A DNA stretch of 64,000 bases, taken from contig NW_027191405.1 of the NCBI RefSeq assembly GCF_041146345.1, positions 372,001 through 436,000 of the forward strand, in the 5' to 3' direction. This document shows, piece by piece, positions 12,921 to 21,360 of this stretch. The position numbers were made by a program, and so were the translations under genes. Source of the DNA: Neodothiora populina (lineage: Eukaryota). Each line of letters begins with the position of its first letter. The stretch's first letter is position 1. The notes under the pieces were generated by a model. That model saw only the letters and a program-made list of their open reading frames with translations, ran no database searches and had not been told where the DNA came from.

Positions 12921-15049
12921 AATTGCAAAGAATGGAAGCACCGAAGCTTAGTGCAATCGACGTCGTATATAAAAATTGTTGTGGCAGGGAAGAATGTAAG
13001 AGGACTACCTTACGACAAGCACTTGATGGCTTCATCTTGTGCTAGAAAAAGCGTTGACACGATCATCGGACAAGATTTCCCAGCAGACCTACGGCCCATT
13101 CACCCTGGCATCTCTATAAAATTACTCTGATGAAGATGAACACCTTCCTCCTGAACGCCAAGGTCCTTCCGCAGGTCTTCGATCCTTACACATCTTATAC
13201 TATGTACTATATACTACCCTCTGGACAGGCGATACCAAGAGATGGACGGTTCCCTAACCCCTTGGCCGACAATGTGAGCGATTCTTCTACGCACATAAGA
13301 AGGAGCATCTTACAACCTAAGTCAGGGGCAGAGAAACGTTTGATAGCAAAGTCCCCCTTTGATGGAAAAACGCACAGATTGGCATCAACCAATCCCATGA
13401 AACAGAGGAGAAAGGTCGATGATTATATAAATACTGGCGCTCGAGATTGTGTAACGTGGACCAGGCTGGCCTAAGTCGGAGCCTGTAACCTTCCTTTCGA
13501 CAGGCTCAGGCTATACGTACCCAGGGTGCCGCAAGCTCACCCAAGTTGCAGAGATTGAGCGGTTCTTTGGGATGCAACAGTGCTATGCTACAACGCGAAG
13601 TTACACCGATTAACTATAAAAGTATCACAAACTTAAGCTATCCCATTATTAAGGGCCTGAAAGATTCACGGCAAAGACCGGAATACCATGGGTATTCTGG
13701 AGGGCCGTAGATCGGCCCCCTGCTTCTCCACCTACCCACCCACACACACACACTCCCAGGGCTCAATCAAGCTGTTCTCCGATACCGCCAACAACTCCTA
13801 TACATTACCGGGCGAAGGCAGGGCGTTATAACACATCATTGTCAATCTTCGAGATTGAAGAAAGATTTGGCTTGTGCCTGCTGGTTGGGTGTGTGAGGAT
13901 CGCCTGAAGAATTGCAACAGTAGCATCCATGCAAGTGCTCGTCAATATCGCTTTCCTAAGGCAACAAAGCGGACATGATTTCGAAGCATCGCACGTGCTC
14001 GGTGGTGTCCTGTGATGGTCAGACTCTGCTGCAGAGTCACAGGTTCAGTGGCGGTTCTGTCAGTAAAGCTGTAGCGCTCAGTGAAAATGAACTCAGAGAG
14101 TGCGTGAGGAGCAAAATGACCAGGCATCCACTCCGTTCAATAAATCGAAGACAGGGATCCCGTGATTGAAGATCTTCTCCTTTTCATCTTTCATCTTCAT
14201 CGTTCGTTTTCGACACGCGCTCCGCCAGCGGGTCTCTTCTTCTCCGTTGTCACTACGCACTATATACACAATCGTAACGCACGATTATGTCTCAAACTTC
14301 CGCTCCCCATTAAAAGCCCCTGTGAAAGTGCGAGTGGTGCTCCGTCAGCAAGCGCGACTGTGTCCCTATGGGGGAGTACTCTGTGCGCGCGTTCAATCGC
14401 TATGTTGTGGCGATTCGTGCCCGCGAACAGTTCGAGGCGGGTCGCGGGGCTAGCGCTGCCGCCATCGGTAGGTTCAGGCTGCTCCGCGACGTTGTTACGC
14501 GCGCAGGAAAGATGCTTATGTCTACATAATGTTATTGGTGGATCTTGCATGAGATTGAAGCGACAATGGGTTTGTGTTGGCTGTATCTTGGTGAGAAATG
14601 AAGGATACTCTGAGTGGAGATTCAGATTACCTCACTCAGCTGTGAGATTGACTTCACTAAGCTCTTCTCCATTGCTTAGACTTTTTCCAAATCAGCAGGT
14701 GACTCCTTCAAAGACAGTAGCATAAGACGTATAGACCCCCAACTTCTTCAGAACGCCACACGAGTTCAAGTCGATGAGTTCAAGTCGATCAATTACTATC
14801 AAGATAGATACTCAGCTAGAAAAATTGCTATTCCATTTCCGAAATCATATCTCTTTGCCTGTGATTCATGAAGTGGACCAATGTATGATCCTTAGATTGC
14901 AGTTCCAGCTTCCATCCTATGTTTGTTTCCAGTGTGGTCACCACAAACCGTACCAGTGTTGCCATTTCGATATCCAGAGTCCACTGTTATCCCCCCACCT
15001 AGCAGCGCTCCGTAAGTTGACCGCTATGATATCTCAGGAATTACCTTAC

Positions 15050-15510
15050 GCACGCAACTACGCCCTCCAATCGATCGACGGGAGCATATGGCGAAGTCAT
15101 GGATATGCTACTACACGGATTCGAGCTCCAATAAGTCTCCGAGGCATGGTCGGCTTGTTCAGCAATAGTAGCTGAGGTAGTACGCCCATGACTCAGACTC
15201 GAAAGATGAGAATATCATGCACGTCAACAGAAGACGTTGTCGACACGCGATCCTTCAGCATCCTCACAGTCCCGTCTGCTGTCGTGATCTCACACCAATA
15301 ATCAGTGCACTCAATCGGCAGGTCTAGGAAGTTGACCACGTCGCTTCAGGCATGCTCCGGATCCGCCGTCAATTAGCACCTCCTAAAGAAAGCCTCTCTG
15401 TCCTCCCGCTCCCGCTCCTGAGGCTCGAGGCGTGCTTCTGTGTAGAAGTTCGAAATGGTTGGGGCTGGGCCCTGCTCCGGGTCCTCATGCCTCTCGATAG
15501 TAAGCTTCAG
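15050..15510 (-). pseudogene. Relic of an F-box-like fungal protein
   Basis: One minus frame reads ...AFFRRC*LTADPEHA*SDVVNFLDLPIEC...*VMGVLPQLLLLNK. FLDLPxE and PxLL motifs are interrupted by several stops. Confidence 0.35.
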
Positions 15511-15711
15511 GGTGTTTCCCGCATGGTCCACCTAATCTCTCTCTGCAGCATAATTCACTGATACGGTTAATGTGAGAGGTGCGGTGGCTGCCTTCCGTGG
15601 AATCTGCATTCCCTTGGCCAGGACTGTGCGCACTTCCGGTGAGCTGTTGACGACGTCCAACAACGTGCAGGCGGGGTTGCTGCGCTGTACCTTGCAAATT
15701 GGCTCGTTTTA

Positions 15712-15902
15712 GTCAATGATCAACCGATGTACAGTGACCAATGTCTACTGAGGAGTCGATGACTCTTGAATGAATGGTTGAAAAGTCTCCGATCAGAGGT
15801 CAATGATTCCTCAATGACTAGATACTCAATGACTACTCGGTGAATGGCGGATGATCCCTCAATGACCAGTCAATGACTACACGGTCAATGATGAATGACT
15901 AG
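15712..15902. repeat. Cluster of TCAATGAY motifs
   Basis: About 8 copies of (g/c)tcaatga(c/t) in 190 bp. Shares an exact 18-mer in inverted orientation with 28858-28875. Confidence 0.6.
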
Positions 15903-17982
15903 AGCCGAGCTCCTTTGTGGATCGGCAGTAGGGAGACACTATCTCGAGGAGCAGTGCGCAGTGTGCAGCGAGCAGTGAGTGGTGGACAAAGCTTTGTGGA
16001 TACTATCGATAGGCAGATCTTCCATAGTCAATTGTTAAGCTGTGGGTTGGCTGACTCAGCATACTGAGCCGGCGTCGCCAAGATTGTATCTCAGACTTCA
16101 CTCCGTGAGTATGTCCCTGGCCTTGTGGCTTAAATAGTGGTTCAAGTACTGGTATAAGGATATAACCATGTCGAGATTTACTCGAAAGGAGATTAGGTCG
16201 TCGCTATGGTTCTTGTTCCTCCAGTCTTCGGAAGTCAAGAGCTCGCGAAGACTTTGACAGAGCTTTTGTGCTCGAAACTCTGCCAGTCGGTCTTCGTCAA
16301 CCTCCCTTTCTCTGCCCGATAGATTTTGCACTCTTGGAGATTGCCGTGTGTAGGACTTCGAAATCATGTTCGAGAGAACTCGTAACATCTTGCTGTGCGT
16401 TGCTGTGTATGCATAGTATTTCTGCCGCAATTTTCTGGACTTTAACCTCTCCATTACTGACAATATCCGTAGGCGATAATCACTCGCTCCAGCTATCGAT
16501 ACTACTCGTCGGTGTCGTCAGAGGTTCATTGCCGTCGTATAGCGGGTGTAAAGCGATGCTTCGTCATGCAATTTCTAGGGGTGTCCTACCGATGTTTGAG
16601 CACGATCTGACGGCTGTTAGGTCATCGAACATCCATCCCTTCCCTGCAGGGTGGAACGAGAGATGCGCGTTGTTTTCCACGGCTCTAGCCAAGTTGCTGC
16701 ATGATATATACGCGCCAATGATGCGACCGAGCCGAGCACGAATGATGGCGACTCTGCAGTCGTGCAGCGTCAATGGCTTGCGATATCAACGACCGGTGGG
16801 CGCGTCGTGATCTCAGTCGTCGACTTCAGTGTGTCGAGCCAGGATCCGCCGGCTGCAAGGGAACCACCAGCTTCCCGTTGACGTGCCTGGTCGTCTTGAG
16901 GGCGTACATGATGAGGCGGTGTCCGAGTGGACGATGACGCAGTTGCGTGCGACGAATGGTTCATGGTCGCTCAAAGCCTCTCGAGAGCCACCGCGCTGAA
17001 TGTATGCCAAACAAGTGATGGTGACTTTGGCGCCATGGTGTGCCAAGTCTGCTGCGCGTAACGAAGAAATGGCAGGTAAGTCAATGTTTCATTTGCAAGG
17101 ATCATGAAGAGGAAGAGAAGAAATCATATACCATCGTCTTGGAAGATCGTCGCAGATCGTGCGATTGTTATGGCGCTTGGCTGCTGCGAATGGTTATTGC
17201 CTTTGGGTATTATGGTGGCTCATCTGTCCCTGCTGGTATAGACACAATTCCCTTGGAGATGATGCGAAGGTGGATGTTATCCCGCTTGACAACAAGTCAA
17301 TGCGTAGAGAGCGTCTGCCGCACAGCGATCGTGGACGGCGCAAATATTTCCCAAGGGTCGATCACCCCCGACGCAGCACGAGTGGTATTCATATAATACA
17401 GAGTTCATGTCATTTTCGTTGCGGCGGCTGGGTGGCGGGATGGCAGAGCGGATGACTTGAACCCCACTTCGCAGCTAACCCGGGTTCACCCCCCAGCAGC
17501 CGCAACAATCTTTAGGGGAGGAGAAAGAGATGTAGTAGTCGGTGCAGGCATAACTACATGGTAAAGCTGCTTGCACAATCGATTTGCGAACTCTGAAGAA
17601 GCATGATGGTACGACGGTTCGGTGATACCGTACCATATGCTTCTTTTTGCTCTTTTGGATGTCGCACACTTGTAGTCGTCGTCGTCGTCGCGATCCAGAG
17701 ACTGACTGGTGATTCAGATTCGACTCGCTCGGTGCCACAGAAGCGCAGAAGTACAGGAACATGAACGCGAACTCAGAGAAAGGAATGAGTGCCCAGCGTA
17801 CATACAGCACGAAGGTATGTCTAATTATACATGGTCATCGGCAGGAGCGTTGCACTGCAACTTCCTTGACAAGGTTGCGAGAAAGGAGACTGCAAGCAAC
17901 GGAGTACAGCTAACCAATTGTTCAAACAATCCAACCTATATATACCCAGATGGTAGGTGGAATGTTACGAATCAGACAAATA

Positions 17983-18107
17983 GTGGCCGTAGTGTAGTGG
18001 CTAGCGCACCTCAAGAACAAGCCCTTCAGTGGGAAGTCCACCTCTGGGTGTCAGTAAGAGGCGGTCTTCATGAGGGGGTCCCTGGGTTCGAATCCCAGGC
18101 GGTCACA
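17983..18107 (+). ncRNA. Non-canonical tRNA-like Pol III gene, copy 1, with a long structured insert in the anticodon arm
   Basis: Acceptor stem GTGGCCG/CGGTCAC plus A. A-box TAGTGTAGTGG, D stem GTGT/GCGC, stem CCTCA/TGAGG, T arm CCTGGG-TTCGAAT-CCCAGG. T5 run at about 18124. Confidence 0.8.
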
Positions 18108-18199
18108 AGATTCTTCTTGCCCCTTTTTGTATCATGGCTAAACCAATCTAACCCTTATATGTTGCGGTTACTGAGGGAGTCTGTACGGATCAAAGTAGA

Positions 18200-18328
18200 G
18201 TGGCCGTGGCGTAGTGGTCAGGGGCACTACTCAGAACAAGTCCTTAAGTGCGAAGTCCACCCGTAGGGGTGTCGGCAAGAGGCTGTTTTCGAGGAGGGAG
18301 TCCTGGGTTCGAGTCCCAAGCGGTCACA
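18200..18328 (+). ncRNA. Non-canonical tRNA-like Pol III gene, copy 2 (diverged tandem paralogue)
   Basis: Same acceptor stem, A-box TGGCGTAGTGG, B-box GGTTCGAGTCC, homologous insert and a T6 terminator at about 18337. Confidence 0.78.
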
Positions 18329-18768
18329 AGATTCGATTTTTTCTTTTTGTATCGTTTTTGTTGTTGGTACTTTGCGATTTCCATCGATGCTGGCTGGGTT
18401 GTATATATCCAATTACCTGCGCTGCATCTCTGGGCATGGAAATCGCGTCTTCTCACATTGCACTGTTTTGCCCCTTACGGGATGGGTGTTCTCATCACTT
18501 CCAGATCCAATGTTATGTCTCTATACACATCTACGCGTGCGCGTCTTGCACTCCTTCACACGTTCTTCAACCTATTCATCACAAGTGGGCGAAGTTCATC
18601 ATTTCCAACCCCTGCGGATGACAACAGGCGATATCACAAATCTCAAAATCCGTCAATTATCGTATACAGCGGCTTTTCTTCAACCCGTGCGATACAAACC
18701 ATGACATTTACGCAGCTTCACTCTCACAATCTCCATCAAACCAATCGCATCCGAATCCGACCCACAAC

Positions 18769-19092
18769 ATGACTCACTTGCGTTACAACCAGAGTCCACC
18801 ACGCCTCGCACATCTGGAGACACACACACAGAGACAACAACGCGACAAAGTCATACCATCCTCCTTTTCCTTCGACCTCCTCCAGGAGCAATTCAAGCGA
18901 CAGAACCGAGTAGACGGTCACATTACAGCCCCTCCCGTCCCATGCCGCTTGGCAAAGTCTCCGATACCAAAAGTCGCATCTCTTGACCCTATTGACGCGC
19001 CTTTGACCCTGAAGTCACGCTTCCTTGACCCCCTGCTCATGATGACAGTAGCTGTGGAAGGCGATATTGACTCTTTCGAGGTGCTGCTCTGA
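18769..19092 (+). CDS. Hypothetical 107-aa orphan protein
   Basis: ATG in good context (cacaacATG) after a C/A-rich leader. No recognisable domain. Confidence 0.2.
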   Translation: MTHLRYNQSPPRLAHLETHTQRQQRDKVIPSSFSFDLLQEQFKRQNRVDGHITAPPVPCRLAKSPIPKVASLDPIDAPLTLKSRFLDPLLMMTVAVEGDIDSFEVLL

Positions 19093-19773
19093 AACGCGCA
19101 TGAGGGTTGTTGTTTCGATTGCTTAAGACACCTTGAGCTGAGGTAGACCTGAGGTAGACCTGAGGTAAGCTTTACGAGGAGGGGGGGGCGGGGGGCGGGG
19201 GCAGGCAGAGGATGGAGATGATAGCTAGGAACTGACTACACTACCTGAGATATACAGATCGTGTTTCGCGGTGAGAAGTAAGTCTTCATCTCTCTCTGAT
19301 TGTTGCTTTACTGGCTGACTTGATGGTTTGGAGGAGCTAGCTATATAGGGTGTCTTATTTTCTCGAGGTACCTCACGGACGAACCACAAATTTACCACAA
19401 GTAAACCACGAGTGAGACAAGCGCAGAGCATGAACAATGTCTGGATGACGCTTTAGCCACGAGCTGAGAGTAAAGAAATCACGAACAAGCGGAGTCCGGA
19501 GCTGGAGTAAAGCAAGAGGTAAGCCAGACCCGATAAGAGGAAAGCAGGAGTCGAGGTTACATTCGGTACTGACATCCGTGGTCCACTCGTGGTCTCTTCC
19601 TACTTGAAAACTACTTCATCATGGTTGGATTCTGGTGTACAAGAGCTGGAGGCTGAAGGAGCGATACGGCCAGAGAGGATGGGGCTGACATGCAGTCACA
19701 AAGGCAGGTTGAGGGTAGGCACGAAGCAGATGATTAGAACGACAAAGTCCCGTAGGGATGCTGATATGAAAGC

Positions 19774-21360
19774 TTAAAGTTTACTCGCCCTCTTCTTCGC
19801 CTTCGCCCAGAGTCCAGCCTCTTCATACCCCTGGGGCACACCATCAAATATATCCCTCTCGACAGCTCTAGCATTGACATGACGCGCATTCAGCTGACCG
19901 ATCTCACCCACGCACAGTAGCCGCATCGCCGTCTCCATTTCGGCCTTGAGGATCTCAAACACGCGTTCTACGCCCGCTGTGCCGCCGGCTCCGAGACCGA
20001 ATAGCGCGTTCCTTCCCATGCCTACGCCCTTCGCGCCCAGAGCCAGGGCTTTGACGATGTCCGTGCCGCGCTTGATGCCGCCGTCGACCCAGAGCTCGAG
20101 GGAGTCGAAGACGTGGGGGCAGAACTTCTTGCACTCGAGCAGTGTGTGGATGGACGGTGGCGACGTGTCTGCCGAGCGGCCGCCGTGGTTCGACAGGATG
20201 ACGGCTTGGATCTGCGGGGCGAAGCGGGCGGCGAGTTCGACGTCTTCGTGGGTCTGTACGCCTTTGAGAACGATGGGGAGGGAGGTCTGCGCTGCTAGCC
20301 AGGGCAGTGTTGTGTGCCATGTTAGGTCGCACGCTGTGCCTGCGAACATGGCTGCTGCTACACTGCCTGATCCTTGCTTTGTAGGGACACTTGCTGCTGT
20401 GGGTGATGGGGTGGTAGTGGAGGATGAGCCTTCTTGTGCGGCGGAACGGACAGGTAAGTTGGCGCCGACGTTCTTGCCTTCTCGTTCGTCGTCCTCGCGC
20501 TTTCCTGGCACAGGGGCGTCGAGGGTCAGAACAATGAATTTGATCTGGGGGATCTTCGAGACGCGGCGGATCATGTCTTCCGATTTCTTGATGTCCATGT
20601 TTACGTATAGTTGCCACCCGAAGATTTGGTCTGGCGCGGCACCGGCGCATATTTGCTCAGGCGTTTGCGAAGCATTATTGGAGATGATCTGGCAGGCGCC
20701 ATATGTCCTACAGGCTTGCGCGATGCCGTGTTCGCCGTCAGGATGACCGAGACGCGCCATTGCTGCTGGAGAGACAAAGAGCGGGATGTTGACTTTGTTG
20801 CCTAGGAGTGTAGAGCTGGTGTCGCATTTGGTGACGTCGTGGAAGACGCGTGGGCGCAGCAGGATGTTTCTGTAGACGGTGTTGTTCAACCGCTTTGAGA
20901 TGAGATCGTCACCAGCGCTGTAGTAGTATGCCCAGGCCTTCTTGCTCATCTTCTGCGTGGCCAGCTTCTCGATGTCGTCCATGTTCAGGCAGTCGTCCAG
21001 CGTCATCAGCGACTCTTCCACGGCTGGGTCATCGGCAGGTGCTTTCTCTACGGCAGGCAGAGTAGACTCGTCTATGGTTCCAATCTTGGCCGAGGCCGGC
21101 AATGCCTCCTCCAGTGTCCCAGGAGGATGTATCGGGTCGTATTCTTCTGTCGCATCTTGACCGGCCAATTGCAGTATGATCCTGCTTCCTCCGGGGTGTT
21201 CGGGGACGAAAGTGGTGACATCGTAGACGTTGCCGTACAGAATCACCCAGCAGGACTCGGCGCTGCGATGTTGCTGGACTGATGTCTGTGAGTTGTGGGC
21301 CAGTCGGACAGAAAAGAAGATCGCCGACTCACCTTCTTCGTATGTGTATACCTTGCCCAT
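19774..21360 (-). CDS. CYB2: Flavocytochrome b2 / FMN-dependent L-2-hydroxyacid dehydrogenase with PTS1; intron 21279-21332
   Basis: Cytochrome b5 domain (VYDVTTF...HPGG). FMN-domain motifs LRPR, SPAAMA, SNHGGR, DGGIKRGTD. C-terminal SKL. Confidence 0.93.
   Translation of the reverse strand: MGKVYTYEEGESAIFFSVRLAHNSQTSVQQHRSAESCWVILYGNVYDVTTFVPEHPGGSRIILQLAGQDATEEYDPIHPPGTLEEALPASAKIGTIDESTLPAVEKAPADDPAVEESLMTLDDCLNMDDIEKLATQKMSKKAWAYYYSAGDDLISKRLNNTVYRNILLRPRVFHDVTKCDTSSTLLGNKVNIPLFVSPAAMARLGHPDGEHGIAQACRTYGACQIISNNASQTPEQICAGAAPDQIFGWQLYVNMDIKKSEDMIRRVSKIPQIKFIVLTLDAPVPGKREDDEREGKNVGANLPVRSAAQEGSSSTTTPSPTAASVPTKQGSGSVAAAMFAGTACDLTWHTTLPWLAAQTSLPIVLKGVQTHEDVELAARFAPQIQAVILSNHGGRSADTSPPSIHTLLECKKFCPHVFDSLELWVDGGIKRGTDIVKALALGAKGVGMGRNALFGLGAGGTAGVERVFEILKAEMETAMRLLCVGEIGQLNARHVNARAVERDIFDGVPQGYEEAGLWAKAKKRASKL

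Noticed and set aside
13346..13360. AAAGTCCCC resembling RNase MRP CR-I
   Set aside because: No matching CR-IV/CR-V at a plausible distance.
17474..17482. CTAACCC as a telomerase template upstream of the pseudoknot
   Set aside because: Only 7 nt match, the pseudoknot lacks the U-rich triple-helix loop, and known ascomycete telomerase RNAs are far longer.
18013..18070. Twister, HDV/theta, hammerhead ribozyme or RNase P CR-I identity for the tRNA insert
   Set aside because: Only short words match (AAGCC, TAA, GGGAAGTCC). The required pseudoknot pairings and other conserved regions are absent.
17983..18107. Selenocysteine tRNA (TCA occurs at 18011 and 18068)
   Set aside because: TCA is not positioned as an anticodon in a 7-nt loop. 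There is no long variable arm or extended D stem, and the discriminator is A, not G.
19946..20746. Long antisense or alternative-frame ORFs over CYB2 (likewise over GAPDH, VTC2 and Hook)
   Set aside because: Shadow ORFs caused by GC-rich codon bias of the real genes.
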